A DNA stretch of 64,000 bases, taken from the NCBI GenBank assembly GCA_965222155.1, contig CBDCTH010000012.1:32001-96000 (forward strand). The letters run 5' to 3'. Under the pieces are notes generated by a model. It worked only from the letters and a program-made list of their open reading frames with translations, was not told the DNA's origin and did not search any database. Positions 8,755 through 20,286 of this stretch are shown in pieces. How positions within the stretch are numbered: position 1 is the stretch's first letter; every line of letters starts with the position of its first letter. The position numbers and the translations under genes are program-made. This DNA is from Gammaproteobacteria bacterium (lineage in GTDB: Bacteria; Pseudomonadota; Gammaproteobacteria; Eutrophobiales; Eutrophobiaceae).

Positions 8755-11700
8755 CTATATCACTAGCCTCGTTTTACCAAGACGCAATAGTACATCCTTT
8801 TCGCTTATCTGATGTTGAGCCATGATGTCCTTTAATAGTTTGAAGTCCCATAATTTGACATTATACGTATCTTCCTGGTTACGTACTCGGGGTGAAATTA
8901 TATTAGCATTGGTTGCAACAATGAGTTCATCGAAGCGAATCCCTGTTGCCTGAGCATACGGCTGCCGTGCGGCGAATATCTCTCTTAGTGATTTCTCTGA
9001 ATTCAATCTTCCATCTGTGACATGCTTTACTTGTACAAGTACATTTTTGATGCCTTTAACAACCACGTCTGCACCTTTATCAGCCCCATCTTGAGTCAAC
9101 CTAACCTCACCTGTGTAATGTCGACTTAGAAGTTCTGCAATAAATGCTTCAAATTTTTGCCAGGATAAGTTTTTCAGATCATCCGGCCTATATACGTGTG
9201 AGGATGCACCTCCAGTTGGTTGGTTTACAACAAATAGCTTATTACCTAAGACCTGCGGATCAACTTCCTCCGGGGTAATTACAGCATCTTTCAGGGCGGT
9301 TTTCATACTTAACAACTGGTCAAGATTGAGGTCAAAAGAGGTTACATCTTCAACCGGGTGATGCAACACAGGTATATAAACATTGACGTCTTTATCTTGC
9401 CCTATACGATAAACGCGATCGGAGGCCTGCGCTTCTTTCGCAGGATTCCAATGTCTCTCCAGATGAACAACATTATTAGCGCCTACTATTGTCAAACCGG
9501 TACCGGCTGCCAGGGGAGACAAGATTATAATGTTAAAACCCTTCTCTCGTTCAAAGTCAGCTATCAGCGACCTGCGGGTTTGACCGCTGTGTCTGCTGGC
9601 AATCGCTTTGGTGTCTCCATTGATGACAGCTATTTGACGTTCAAATATTTTCCCCAAGGCTGCTTTCAGGAAGGCCTGTAAGTTCCTATTGATGACGAAA
9701 ATAATGACCTTTTCCTGCCGCTCCTGAATTTTGTATAACAGCTTGAGCAATCCCTGCAGTTTCCCAGATTCACTGATGGTTTCCAGCGCATTGTCTCTAT
9801 TTGCCGGTGTTGGCAATCCATCACCTTCGACCAGACCAGGATGCAGTGACACATCTCTCAGTCGGTGCAAACCGGATAAGACCGGATTGCCGGCCTCGCC
9901 GGATTCCTGTTGTTCATTGACGATTTGAATGATCGTCTCATAGCTCTGGCACTGCCTTTCAGTCATCGTACAACGTAAAACATCCATGTGCGTTGTAAAC
10001 TGGCTTTTGCGTCCTCCCGTAAAAATGGTCTTTTTTGGTAAGCCTTCCAATTGATCTTCTTTTACACGACGCAGCATTAACGCCCCCACGTCGCTACGTA
10101 GTCTCCTGCCTACACCAAGCCGAACCTTTGTCTTGTCTTCATCTCCTGCCTGTAAGATCGGTTTAATGTAATTTGTACGAAAGTTTTGATATGCGCCAAG
10201 ATGGCCCGGTTTTGCGGTATCCATCAAACACCAGAAATCAGCAAGACTGTTTTCTACAGGAGTGCCGGTGACAACGAGCTTAAAGCGAGCTTTTAACGCT
10301 TTAGCCGCCACAGTTGATAAGGAGTTGGGATTTTTGATGTTTTGAGCTTCGTCGAAAATGACAAAAGACCAATCTACACGGGCAAGGGAAAACTGGTAGT
10401 CGCGCAGTGTCTGGTAAGTAGTAAGTACAAGCCTTTTTGGCAGGTCTAATCTTTCTACCCCGAATTTATGTCCTACTTTCAGTGCATACTGAATCTCCTC
10501 CAGTTCAACATCGCGATTTTGTAAGGTTTCTTTTCCGGCACCTCGTACACGATACTGTTTCAAATCGGCGTCTGCTTGCAGCCTGACAACAGAGTTAAAG
10601 GGACTTACGGCAAAAGTCTTATCCAATTCATCTTTCCAGTTATCCAGCAAGCCCAATGGCGCCACGACGAGGACTGGCCCCGGTTCTTTTTCAACATTTA
10701 TGCCCTTTGCTTGTTCTAGATATACATTTACGGCCACTAACGACATATAAGTCTTCCCAAGCCCCATGTCATCCGCTAACAAACTGCCAAACTTGCCCAT
10801 ATCTTCAGATCCGATTGCAAAAGTGTGACTTGATAGTCCCAGTATCCACCGAATACCGCGTACCTGATAATTGTAAGGTTGGCGTTTGTATCGCTGCCAA
10901 TCGGGTTCATCCCGATAGAGTACATCATCGATTTTCTGTTCATCGCCAAAATCCCTGTCTGTATCATTTTTGGCAATTTCGATGGCAACACTTACTTGAT
11001 TATATTCTTCATCCAGTTTGGCATCTTTCGCTTTTTCTTCTTGCTTACGTTCAGTGATCTTTTTTCGCGTCTCGATTATCGCTGTTTGTATAGCTTCTTT
11101 ATCGCTTATATCGAAGAATTTATTATCGAAGACACATTGGCTAGCGCCAGTCTTCCAGGCTGCATTTACCTTCTCTTCAAATTTCCGGAGAGTTTCATCG
11201 TCATGAATGACCCGATCAATCTTTGTAGGTGCATAAATGGTTTCAGTATGCGCATCAAGCCAATTGATTCCGGTTTCATCAGTTTCACCGAAATAGGCAT
11301 GTGTGAATTCCTGAACTCCTTGAACCCGTAAGGAAAACCCTACATCAAGGTCTACAAGTGAAGCGTCCAAGTAAGCAGTGGGTGTTTTGAAAAAGGTGGG
11401 GACATGTTCCTTGGGGATATGGCGTCTTTTGATGATCTCCTGTACAGCCTCAAGTCTTTTTGCATCCATCAACAGTATCTTTCCCTGCACCCGAAAACTT
11501 TGTTGACCCTCTTTGTTAAACTGTTGCAGGCGTGATTTTACCTCGTCGGGCGAAATATCTGTAAAGGCCGGGATCAATTCTGCATTGCCGTCTTGATCAA
11601 GATTTACACTGACTGACACACCTACTGGTTCAGTGGCTTTAAGCATATCGAAATGACGCAGGTCAATCTCCAGTCCGGCATCCTTCGCCTGTTGAAGTTT

Positions 11701-12240
11701 AGATATGGCTACCAGATTGGAGTACTCGTCCCGGTACTGGGCATTCATGGCCTTATGCCTCAGTACAGTATCAAAAGCCAACCATTGTTCTTCGTTCAGC
11801 AAGTAAACTTCAGTATCCGTTAGGTAGAACAAGGGACCTTTGAATTCAAATTGTCGATTTTTAATACCTAGCAGGTCAACGAGTATCAATTCAAGTTGAA
11901 AGTTGGCGCTTGTGGTATGACCGGAAACATCAAGTTCAAACTTGCCGGGCCAGGGGTCGGGGATCTGAAGAAGGCGCCGAAGAGCGTCCTCCAACCGAAC
12001 CGCATCATCTGTCTCAATCAAAAACCCGTTGGCTATCTGCTCTGCCAGGCCTTGCTCTTGCAACATCTGCAAGTGTATGAACTGGTTCAGCCGATCCGGG
12101 TCTCCCTGTCCTTTATTACATTGCTCAAATAAATCATTAGGCAATGTCAGCAGCAGGCCATCACTATCGGAAGAAATTTCAAACAACTGTTTTTCGCCAT
12201 ACTTGGCAACAATCTCTCCTACTCGATCCCAGAGCGTCAT
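8755..12240 (-). CDS. zorD: Zorya type I ZorD: SNF2-family helicase/ATPase with C-terminal Mrr-like nuclease
   Basis: LADDMGLGKT, DEAQNIKN, TGTPVEN, GTGLTIVGAN, WNPAKEAQASDRVYRIGQ; C-terminal FEAFIAELL...DKGADVV..LVQVKH. Fourth gene of the operon. Confidence 0.85.
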   Translation of the reverse strand: MTLWDRVGEIVAKYGEKQLFEISSDSDGLLLTLPNDLFEQCNKGQGDPDRLNQFIHLQMLQEQGLAEQIANGFLIETDDAVRLEDALRRLLQIPDPWPGKFELDVSGHTTSANFQLELILVDLLGIKNRQFEFKGPLFYLTDTEVYLLNEEQWLAFDTVLRHKAMNAQYRDEYSNLVAISKLQQAKDAGLEIDLRHFDMLKATEPVGVSVSVNLDQDGNAELIPAFTDISPDEVKSRLQQFNKEGQQSFRVQGKILLMDAKRLEAVQEIIKRRHIPKEHVPTFFKTPTAYLDASLVDLDVGFSLRVQGVQEFTHAYFGETDETGINWLDAHTETIYAPTKIDRVIHDDETLRKFEEKVNAAWKTGASQCVFDNKFFDISDKEAIQTAIIETRKKITERKQEEKAKDAKLDEEYNQVSVAIEIAKNDTDRDFGDEQKIDDVLYRDEPDWQRYKRQPYNYQVRGIRWILGLSSHTFAIGSEDMGKFGSLLADDMGLGKTYMSLVAVNVYLEQAKGINVEKEPGPVLVVAPLGLLDNWKDELDKTFAVSPFNSVVRLQADADLKQYRVRGAGKETLQNRDVELEEIQYALKVGHKFGVERLDLPKRLVLTTYQTLRDYQFSLARVDWSFVIFDEAQNIKNPNSLSTVAAKALKARFKLVVTGTPVENSLADFWCLMDTAKPGHLGAYQNFRTNYIKPILQAGDEDKTKVRLGVGRRLRSDVGALMLRRVKEDQLEGLPKKTIFTGGRKSQFTTHMDVLRCTMTERQCQSYETIIQIVNEQQESGEAGNPVLSGLHRLRDVSLHPGLVEGDGLPTPANRDNALETISESGKLQGLLKLLYKIQERQEKVIIFVINRNLQAFLKAALGKIFERQIAVINGDTKAIASRHSGQTRRSLIADFEREKGFNIIILSPLAAGTGLTIVGANNVVHLERHWNPAKEAQASDRVYRIGQDKDVNVYIPVLHHPVEDVTSFDLNLDQLLSMKTALKDAVITPEEVDPQVLGNKLFVVNQPTGGASSHVYRPDDLKNLSWQKFEAFIAELLSRHYTGEVRLTQDGADKGADVVVKGIKNVLVQVKHVTDGRLNSEKSLREIFAARQPYAQATGIRFDELIVATNANIISPRVRNQEDTYNVKLWDFKLLKDIMAQHQISEKDVLLRLGKTRLVI

Positions 12241-13716
12241 CTACCGTCTGATTCCGTACTCATACCGGAATCTACGATAATCTGACCTCTCGAGAACTTT
12301 TTCCGGATCCACATTGATCCCCAGTTTTCTGAATTGCCCTAGAATCTTCCCCTGCCAGAAGCCATTATGCGATGTATACCAAGTATCACCGTTCTGGGAC
12401 GGCATGTTCCATCCGGTGCTTTTATTTAGATCATATAATTCCCTTTTTCGAAAAAAAGACTTTTCATAGTTAGTCGGTGCTGAATTTTCAGGAATCTCTG
12501 AATAAATCCAAAAACGGTGATTATGGGAACCCTCAACGATATGGGCACGATCCAGCTTCAGATAAATAATTGACGTGTTTGCATCATTCAATCTTGCATA
12601 GTTTGGCAACTTATCCTTGCTATAGTTGCGTTGCAGGTAGTAGTGTGCTTCTCTGCTTATGAATAATCTTGATCTACGTATAAGATTTTGCTTCCGTAAT
12701 CCCTCCAAAAATAAACGTCTCTTAGGAAACATTCTCACCAAGGCATCATCCCCACTTCTTGCAGCAAAATTTTCCAGGACTTCCAAGAATAACTTGAGAT
12801 CAAAACCACTCAATCTTTCATGGATCAGTTCAATAATTTCGGTTGGTATTTGTGCCCACCATTTTCGATAACGCTCGTCTGTCCGGGGAATACGCGGATC
12901 CCCGGCAATACTCAGGATGGTTTGTAACCAGTGCTCCGGTAACTCGATGCGTCTACCAGCTGCATTTTTGACCAAAACTTCAATAGCTGAATGTCCGAGG
13001 AGCCGTCCTTCATACGGTATCTCAGAAACGTCAGCCACACTTACCTCACCCAAGATAGACTGTTTGGCAGATAAACTTGGATCCAAAGCAGCAAGTTTCT
13101 TTATGTAATAAAACCCAACTGCTAACTCTTTAAATCTACCCTCGTATGTTTCGTCTATTCCAAGTACCTTCATAGTGTCTGCAAGCTTCGTTCTGTCAGC
13201 TTCTGCCTTTTCGACCACTTGAATATGTCCCTTTCCATGGAAAATGCAGTCTTTGTTAACATTAAGCAATGACACAACACCCACAGCTTTTTTATCATTC
13301 AGCTGTCTCAGTTGCTTCAGGAGAAAATTAGATAGTGAGTCCAGATCACCGCATTGATTGTAGTGCTTGAAAAAGATCTGAATCAAATTGATCAAATTTA
13401 CATAACCAATTTGCGGCTTGATTTGGTTAAATTTCTGAAGCGTCTTATGGTCGACTCCTGTTGACTTAAGAAATTCGTCCTCCTCTAGCCATAAATAAAT
13501 ACAAGCTCTGATCATAATTGGTTTGTCAATCAAATCAGAGAGCGGTTGGCGCTCCCCGACATTCCGCAATATAATGCAACTTTCCGAAAATGACTTACTA
13601 AAAGCTCCTCCAGCTTTGGCCATATACTGCAGTGTAGCGGACATTTTGAGCCATGCCTTCCTTGATTCAGAAGATATATCTTTCAAATTGACTTCAGTAT
13701 TAGGGAGACGGAGCAT
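12241..13716 (-). CDS. zorC: Zorya type I ZorC (EH-signature protein)
   Basis: IAGDPR...RYRKWW, FLEVLE, IVEGSHN and SHNGFWQ. Lies between zorB and the helicase. Confidence 0.82.
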   Translation of the reverse strand: MLRLPNTEVNLKDISSESRKAWLKMSATLQYMAKAGGAFSKSFSESCIILRNVGERQPLSDLIDKPIMIRACIYLWLEEDEFLKSTGVDHKTLQKFNQIKPQIGYVNLINLIQIFFKHYNQCGDLDSLSNFLLKQLRQLNDKKAVGVVSLLNVNKDCIFHGKGHIQVVEKAEADRTKLADTMKVLGIDETYEGRFKELAVGFYYIKKLAALDPSLSAKQSILGEVSVADVSEIPYEGRLLGHSAIEVLVKNAAGRRIELPEHWLQTILSIAGDPRIPRTDERYRKWWAQIPTEIIELIHERLSGFDLKLFLEVLENFAARSGDDALVRMFPKRRLFLEGLRKQNLIRRSRLFISREAHYYLQRNYSKDKLPNYARLNDANTSIIYLKLDRAHIVEGSHNHRFWIYSEIPENSAPTNYEKSFFRKRELYDLNKSTGWNMPSQNGDTWYTSHNGFWQGKILGQFRKLGINVDPEKVLERSDYRRFRYEYGIRR

Positions 13717-14470
13717 GCTCTACTCTATTACACATATCTATTCCTAATGCTTCCTGATATTCACAGGTACGTGGTTGCTTCATGGTAAAGCGCAGATCAA
13801 TCCTACGGTTTATTATTCTGAGTTCGGGTGTTATGTCTTCTTCTTCTACACGGCGGGTTTCAGCATAACCGCTTACAGAGAACATCCGTTCGCCATGGAA
13901 ATTCTCAATGTCATGAAGCTGTTTTGTGGATTCTTCTTGTCCCCAATATCGCCAAACCGATACTGCCCTGTCGGCGGACAACAACCAGTTGCCGATTTCC
14001 TTGTACTTGGAAGGCAAGCGATCCGTATGGCCCTCAACGGAGATCGTATCTATCCAGGCGCTACGATTTGAAGTTGTAATCCCATTGATAAGGTGTATAC
14101 CAATCTTTTCAACAGCGTTTATCTGGTGGTCCGGGATGCGGGCACTGTCACTGGAGAAGTTCAACGTTGAGGAAGGGATTCTTAACACACTGTCGTTCTC
14201 ACTGATATGCACTTCGATTCCCTCCCGGTCCAGCGCCTCTTTAATTTCAGCAAGAAGTTCGCTACGGACCTGGTTGGCTTTTTCAATCTCTTGGATAGTC
14301 AGATCTACCTCTTCATGCTGCTGGGTCAATTGCAGAATGAGTTGCAAGGCAGCAAGTATGAAGATGACCAGTAATCCTGCCATAATGTCTGAGAAAGAAA
14401 TCCAGTAGGGATTCGCTTCATCACCCCCGCCAGATTGGGTAATCGTTGATTTTGTTGACAGACTAAGCAT
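13700..14470 (-). CDS. zorB: ZorB, MotB/OmpA-like stator subunit
   Basis: NPYWISFSDIMAGLLVIFILA transmembrane segment with the conserved Asp; OmpA-like VEGHTD..NWLLSADRA..NRRIDLRF. Confidence 0.88.
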   Translation of the reverse strand: MLSLSTKSTITQSGGGDEANPYWISFSDIMAGLLVIFILAALQLILQLTQQHEEVDLTIQEIEKANQVRSELLAEIKEALDREGIEVHISENDSVLRIPSSTLNFSSDSARIPDHQINAVEKIGIHLINGITTSNRSAWIDTISVEGHTDRLPSKYKEIGNWLLSADRAVSVWRYWGQEESTKQLHDIENFHGERMFSVSGYAETRRVEEEDITPELRIINRRIDLRFTMKQPRTCEYQEALGIDMCNRVEHAPSP

Positions 14471-16274
14471 CAGGTGTCCTTAGTTTGTTGAAAGTATCTT
14501 CAATCTCATCTAGTAATGATTGCAGAGACTGCACTGTGGTAACCATTTGGTGGGCGAATTCTACCGTCTGTTTGTTCCAGTCATCCAAGCGAGCATTAGT
14601 CTGAACTCGTACCCTATCCGTGTAGTCGTTTAGAAAATCAGAAGCGCTCCTGGTAAGTGCCTCAAACTCGGATTTCATTGACGATTCATACTGATCCAAG
14701 GTGATTTTCATTGAGTTAATAAAGGTCTTCTGCCTATCCTCCATTTTTTCAAAGGACCGCGAAACCTCTTTTGAGGCCTCCCCCATAGTGTTCGAAGTCG
14801 ATTGTAATTCGCCCTTAAGATTTTTTATCTGTTCCAGAATTTGGTTGGTATTTTGAACCATCACATTATTTTCAGTCGATAGCTCCGTGACAGCCTTAAT
14901 TGAACTTCGAATCTCATTCTCTAACGTCTGTGTAGCCGACCTGATTTGAGAACCTGCGTGATCCATATTCGCTGAGGCATCAGCTATACGCTGTGTGTAA
15001 CTATCTAACCCAACCATTACACTAGATAGGCGCTCAGCTAGTTCAGCCATCTCAGCTGTGAGTTTTTGGTTTTGCTCTACTGTTTCGCGCGAAGTCTCAG
15101 CGCTTTGATTCGCTGAAGACGTCATCATGGTAGTAAATTCTGAGAGGTTTTCAAACAATTGATCTTTCAATTGTTTTTCTCGTTCATTGCTAGTCGAATT
15201 CTGTGTTTCTAGATTATAAAGAAAGTCGTTCATCTGAGACTGCCAATGCGTCATGCTTTCTTTCATATCAGTAGTAGCTTCTACCATCAGTTGTCGTTGA
15301 TTCTCTCCAGCTTCGGAAATTCCAGACATAAATCGGCGAACTAATTGAGCCAATGTGTCGGTAGCTCCTTCAGACATCCGGTCGGCAAGACCATGTGAAG
15401 CGCTAACCAGACTATCCATAGCAGGTTGCATTACCTGCTGTATTCCTGCCGTTACCTGCTCCCCCATCCCAGATACAGCTTGCTGTAATTGTTCACCAAT
15501 TCGCTCAGCCAAACCGTTCAGGCTATCTTCTGAACTTCTGGAGCTTGTAGCTATACTTACTAATGAATGTTCCGGCCTGATTCGGGGAAACAGAAAATCG
15601 ATAAGATGCTGCAGACGCGTGATATGAATTTTGACATTCTGCTCCAGCCATTTCTCATAGAAATTAAAAAGAACACTCAAAGATATTCCCCAGACAGAGG
15701 TCAAAAAAGCAACTGATGCACTTGCGATAACTAGCTGAATATCCTCCCGCTGCTCCTGTACATCACCGCTGAAAGAGATGCTACCAAGCCCCAATTGCAG
15801 CCCTGCAAAGGTCCCTATTACTCCAATAGCAGTAAGAAACCCAGGGACTGCCGCTACTAACCTACTGTCTGCGATATGGGGTGCTAAAGTCTGGCTATTA
15901 AAAAAATGTTCGGCATCAATAGTATTATTCAGATGTCTGCCATCGGATGATACAATCAGTGTCTCGTCTAACTCTTTCCAAAGGTTGCCTAAATGACCCA
16001 ATTTACGAGCCTCTTCCAATAAGGTTCTACGCGATTGTATAAGATTCTCAAGTGTCAATCCTGAGATTAAACGTTCAATTTTTTTTATTCTATTTTTTGC
16101 AGGTATAAACCCCCAAAAGAACGAGTATAGAGCAAATCCAGACGCTACAAGGATGAGGAAGCCAACGATACTTGCACTAAAGACCTCGGTAGTAATACTA
16201 GATAGCTCACCCTGTAGGTATTCCCAGAGCTTTGAAAATTTCGGTAAAAGACTTGATAAATCAATGTGTTCCAT
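14463..16274 (-). CDS. zorA: ZorA, MotA-like membrane region with a long helical cytoplasmic tail
   Basis: Three hydrophobic segments including AAVPGFLTAIGVIGTFAGLQLGL and ASVAFLTSVWGI, followed by a long heptad-rich tail. Overlaps zorB by 8 bp. Confidence 0.88.
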   Translation of the reverse strand: MEHIDLSSLLPKFSKLWEYLQGELSSITTEVFSASIVGFLILVASGFALYSFFWGFIPAKNRIKKIERLISGLTLENLIQSRRTLLEEARKLGHLGNLWKELDETLIVSSDGRHLNNTIDAEHFFNSQTLAPHIADSRLVAAVPGFLTAIGVIGTFAGLQLGLGSISFSGDVQEQREDIQLVIASASVAFLTSVWGISLSVLFNFYEKWLEQNVKIHITRLQHLIDFLFPRIRPEHSLVSIATSSRSSEDSLNGLAERIGEQLQQAVSGMGEQVTAGIQQVMQPAMDSLVSASHGLADRMSEGATDTLAQLVRRFMSGISEAGENQRQLMVEATTDMKESMTHWQSQMNDFLYNLETQNSTSNEREKQLKDQLFENLSEFTTMMTSSANQSAETSRETVEQNQKLTAEMAELAERLSSVMVGLDSYTQRIADASANMDHAGSQIRSATQTLENEIRSSIKAVTELSTENNVMVQNTNQILEQIKNLKGELQSTSNTMGEASKEVSRSFEKMEDRQKTFINSMKITLDQYESSMKSEFEALTRSASDFLNDYTDRVRVQTNARLDDWNKQTVEFAHQMVTTVQSLQSLLDEIEDTFNKLRTPDA

Positions 16275-16440
16275 TGTATAAAAATATTATGTTGAAGAAA
16301 TAGGGCAAAAGATTACTAAGAATAAATGTACCTTTCGATATAATGTATGGGTCTACCCCATATTACACTCTTGCTGTTGTAAATTGATAACGGTGTTCTC
16401 CCTATAAACTGACACAAGCATATTATGAAAAACAGTGCTT

Positions 16441-16850
16441 TGAGCTTCACCCCAGAACTAGACACCTGTAAATTCAAGATTTCCGGCTTTCTGGTGTTGT
16501 TGGTAAAACTCCTCCGGTGTCAGATCATCCAGCGATGAGTGGGGTCGATACTGATTATACTCCATTCGCCAGGATTCAATTTTCTCTTTCGCATCGTCCA
16601 GAGACAAGAACCAGTTCGCGTTCAGACATTCATCCCGAAAGCTGCCGTTGAAGGATTCGATAAACGGTTTATCCGTGGGTTTTCCGTGCCTGGATAAGTC
16701 CAGCGTCACCTGGTTCTCATACGCCCATTTATCAAGCGATTTGGAGATGAACTCACTCCCGTTGTCCACCTGAATACATAAAGGGAGACGCTGCTCTATC
16801 AGTTTTAATTGTTCCATAACGCTCACCACGTGTTCTCCCTTGATGGATTT
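16441..16850 (-). pseudogene. IS3-family transposase OrfB C-terminal remnant with probable right end
   Basis: [48 protein letters not shown]. Truncated at the 5' end. Confidence 0.85.
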
Positions 16851-16888
16851 GACCTTCCCCCTGGTCTGGCAGGCCGCCCAGCAAGGAA

Positions 16889-17710
16889 TTAAAGCTCGCG
16901 CAACAACTCGTTCAGGCTGACCTTCCCGCGTGTCTTCTCATCCACCTGCTTAACAATAACCGCACAATAGAGACTATATTTCCCATCCTGCGAAGGCAGG
17001 TTCCCCGATACCACCACCGATCCGGGCGGGACCCTGCCGTAACTAATCTCGCCGGTATCCCGGTTGTAAATCCGCGTGCTCTGCCCGATGTACACACCCA
17101 TGGAAATCACGGACCCTTCACCGACCACAACACCTTCAACAATTTCAGAACGCGCCCCGATAAAACAATGGTCTTCTATAACCGTCGGGTTGGCCTGCAA
17201 CGGTTCCAGCACGCCGCCCAGGCCGACGCCGCCGGAGAGGTGTACATTCTTGCCGACCTGGGCACAGGAACCCACCGTGGCCCAGGTATCCACCATGGTG
17301 CCTGAGTCCACGTAGGCCCCGATATTTACGTAACTGGGCATGAGAACAACGTTAGGCGCCACAAAGCTGCCGTAACGCACCATGGCCGGCGGCACGACCC
17401 GCGCACCGCTCGCAATGAAATCGTCTCTGCCGTAACCTGCAAACTTGGCTTTCACCTTGTCATAGTAATTGGTGCAACCGCCTTCCAGGACACGATTATC
17501 ATTTAATGCAAAAGACAGGAGCACGGCCTTTTTCAGCCACTGGTTGACTACCCATTCACCGTCCTGTTTCTGCGCTACCCGCATCTCACCGCTGTCCAGT
17601 CCGGCAATCGCCTCGTTAACGGCATCTTTAAGTGAATTATCTGCGTTGCGCGCGTTGATGCTGCTGCGTTGATCGAAAGCTTCGTTGATAATGTCTGCAA
17701 TACTGCTCAT
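16889..17710 (-). CDS. dapD: Tetrahydrodipicolinate N-succinyltransferase
   Basis: [41 protein letters not shown]. Confidence 0.97.
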   Translation of the reverse strand: MSSIADIINEAFDQRSSINARNADNSLKDAVNEAIAGLDSGEMRVAQKQDGEWVVNQWLKKAVLLSFALNDNRVLEGGCTNYYDKVKAKFAGYGRDDFIASGARVVPPAMVRYGSFVAPNVVLMPSYVNIGAYVDSGTMVDTWATVGSCAQVGKNVHLSGGVGLGGVLEPLQANPTVIEDHCFIGARSEIVEGVVVGEGSVISMGVYIGQSTRIYNRDTGEISYGRVPPGSVVVSGNLPSQDGKYSLYCAVIVKQVDEKTRGKVSLNELLREL

Positions 17711-17739
17711 TGGCTGATAGCTCCTATCCCATATGTTGG

Positions 17740-18996
17740 TTAGCGAATAAATTCTGCCATGCGTTCTGCTGCCTCTATACACGCAGGTAACGGGGCAGTC
17801 AAGGCGATGCGCAACCTGTTTGCCCCGGGGTCGTCTCCTGCGACCGGCCGCGACAAAAAACGTCCTGGCAGGACCAGCAGGTTTTGCTCCAGATAAAGCC
17901 GGTGGGTGAAGTCTACATCACGGGACTGTGGGCAATCCGTGGCGCACAGGGCGTCCCGCGCACGGCCCAATCCGTTCCGGGCAGATTGGTCAGGTACCCT
18001 GGGCCATAAATAAAAGCCGGCCTCTGGTTCACTGACGTCCAGGACGGGTTGTAGGATCGCCAGGACCGCAGTGAATTTCTCCCGGTACAGGTTGCGGTTA
18101 TCCAGTACATGAGTTTCATCACTCCAGGCTGCGTTGCTGGCTCGTTGAACGTACAGCGGCATGGCGCCGCCGTGATAAGTCCGGTACGTATAAAACGCAT
18201 TGATAATGTTTGCATCACCGGCTACAAACCCCGAGCGCAGTCCGGGGACGTTGGAGCGTTTGGAGAGTGAGTGAAACACGATGCAGTGCCGGTAGTCATC
18301 CCGGCCCAGCTTTGCCGCGGCCTCAAGCAACCCGAGGGGGGGATTGTCCTCATCCGGGTAGATTTCCGAGTAACACTCATCGGCAGCGATGATAAAATCG
18401 TATCGCTCGGCGTAGTCCAGCAGTTGTTCCAGGATTTCCAGCCTGGTAATGGCGCCCGTGGGGTTGTTTGGCGAACACAGGTAGAGCAGTTCACAACGCT
18501 GCCACACGTCTTTTCCGAAGCTGGAGAAATCCGGTTGAAATCCATCTTTTTCAACCAAGTTGACGTAATAGGGGGTGGCCCCGGCGAGCAGCGCGGCGCC
18601 TTCGTATATCTGGTAAAACGGGTTGGGAATCACGACCAGTGGATCCGCCTTGTTGCGATCAACGATTGACTGGGAGATGGCAAACAGCGCTTCCCGCGTG
18701 CCGTTGACGGGCAGCACCTGGCCGTCTGTCAGGCTCCGGGCAGGCAGGGAGAACCGTTTCGTTAACCACTCCGCAATGGTTTCGCGCAGTTCTTCCATGC
18801 CCCGGGTTGAGGGATACACTGCGGTCAGGTTCAGGTTTTCCGTCAGCGCTTCCAGTATGAAATCCGGCGTTTTGTGTTTCGGCTCTCCCAGGGAAAGGTC
18901 GATAAGCGGTTTTCTCGATACGGGCGTACCGGCTTTTTTCAGCTCCGCCAGTTTCTCAAAAGGATAAGGCTGTAGTTGTTCGAAACCCGGGTTCAT
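17740..18996 (-). CDS. dapC: Succinyldiaminopimelate transaminase, with a 24-aa repeat-derived insert
   Basis: [47 protein letters not shown]; adjacent to dapD. Confidence 0.93.
   Translation of the reverse strand: MNPGFEQLQPYPFEKLAELKKAGTPVSRKPLIDLSLGEPKHKTPDFILEALTENLNLTAVYPSTRGMEELRETIAEWLTKRFSLPARSLTDGQVLPVNGTREALFAISQSIVDRNKADPLVVIPNPFYQIYEGAALLAGATPYYVNLVEKDGFQPDFSSFGKDVWQRCELLYLCSPNNPTGAITRLEILEQLLDYAERYDFIIAADECYSEIYPDEDNPPLGLLEAAAKLGRDDYRHCIVFHSLSKRSNVPGLRSGFVAGDANIINAFYTYRTYHGGAMPLYVQRASNAAWSDETHVLDNRNLYREKFTAVLAILQPVLDVSEPEAGFYLWPRVPDQSARNGLGRARDALCATDCPQSRDVDFTHRLYLEQNLLVLPGRFLSRPVAGDDPGANRLRIALTAPLPACIEAAERMAEFIR
17918..17992 (-). repeat. TGA-flanked 72-bp element in frame within dapC ([24 protein letters not shown])
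   Basis: Two TGA triplets exactly 72 bp apart. The first hairpin ccaatctg/cggattgg resembles the other copies. Confidence 0.7.
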
Positions 18997-19178
18997 TCGT
19001 TGAGTGCGCAAGTTTAAATCTATGGTACGGCAGGAAAAGACTATACCCTGTGTTCCTTGACATAGATAAACAGGACTTTCCCGAAATTAAGTGGTTAACC
19101 TGTACTGAAAATCAGCAGCACGTCATTATGATACAATTTGCAAACTTACTACAACAACGACGTACGAAAAACTGGTGT

Positions 19179-20261
19179 ATGAGTCATAAAGTTCTGATAC
19201 TGGCAGGAGACGGCATTGGCCCGGAAATCATGGGGGAGGCGGAAAAAGTCCTGGCTGCCCTGGTTGCAGAGTATGGTCTTGATATTTCCATCGAACATGC
19301 CCTGGTAGGCGGTGCGGCCTATGACGACTGCGGAACCCCGTTGCCCGGGCAGACCCTGCAACTGGCATTGGCGAGTGATGCGGTATTGTTCGGCGCCGTC
19401 GGCGGACCCAAATGGGATGGGCTGGCGCGTGAGTTACGGCCGGAGCGCGGCGCGTTGCTGCCCCTGCGTGCGGAACTTGCCCTGTTTGCCAACCTGAGGC
19501 CGGCGCTGACCTACCCGCAACTGGTGGCTGCCTCGTCGCTGAAGCCGGAACTGGTCAGTGGACTGGACATCCTGATCGTGCGCGAGCTGACCGGCGGTAT
19601 CTATTTCGGTAAGCCCAGGGGTATACATACGACAGAGTCAGGGGAACGTGAAGGGGTCAACACGCTGCGCTATACGGAGACGGAAGTTCGCCGTATCGCC
19701 CGCGTGGCTTTTTCTATCGCCATGCAACGGGATAAGCGGCTGTGCTCCGTGGACAAGGAGAATGTGCTGGAAGCGACCCAACTCTGGCGCCAGGTGATAC
19801 TGGATGTTGCCGCTGAATACCCTGAAGTCGAACTGCAACACCTGTACGTGGATAATGCCGCTATGCAACTGGTGCGCAGGCCCAAGCAATTTGACGTGAT
19901 GGTCACCACCAATATGTTCGGTGATATCCTGTCCGATCTGGCCTCCATGCTCAGCGGTTCCATCGGCATGTTGCCTTCCGCCTCACTGGATGAACGCAAC
20001 AAGGGGATGTATGAGCCGATTCACGGTTCTGCGCCGGATATTGCGGGCCAGGGGCTGGCCAATCCCCTGGCTATGATATTGTCTACGGCAATGATGCTGC
20101 GCTACTCCCTGAACCTGCCGGAGCAGGCGGACAGAGTTGAAAATGCAGTGAAATCCGTATTGACCCAGGGTCTCAGAACGGCGGATATCCACACGCCGGG
20201 CACCAAAAAAGTATCCACGGTGCAGATGGGCAACGCAGTAGTGCGTGCGCTCCAGGGATAG
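19179..20261 (+). CDS. leuB: 3-isopropylmalate dehydrogenase
   Basis: [41 protein letters not shown]. Confidence 0.97.
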   Translation: MSHKVLILAGDGIGPEIMGEAEKVLAALVAEYGLDISIEHALVGGAAYDDCGTPLPGQTLQLALASDAVLFGAVGGPKWDGLARELRPERGALLPLRAELALFANLRPALTYPQLVAASSLKPELVSGLDILIVRELTGGIYFGKPRGIHTTESGEREGVNTLRYTETEVRRIARVAFSIAMQRDKRLCSVDKENVLEATQLWRQVILDVAAEYPEVELQHLYVDNAAMQLVRRPKQFDVMVTTNMFGDILSDLASMLSGSIGMLPSASLDERNKGMYEPIHGSAPDIAGQGLANPLAMILSTAMMLRYSLNLPEQADRVENAVKSVLTQGLRTADIHTPGTKKVSTVQMGNAVVRALQG

Positions 20262-20286
20262 ATTCTTATAACCGCTTGAAACTGAA

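Noticed and set aside
13700-16274. Flagellar MotAB or a chemoreceptor
   Set aside because: The long ZorA-type tail and the downstream EH-signature and SNF2 genes identify Zorya, and there is no flagellar context.
16850-16927. tgaccttccc repeated at 16850 and inside the dapD 3' end as a possible attachment site
   Set aside because: Only 10 bp and closely spaced; it could be chance or an IS end remnant.
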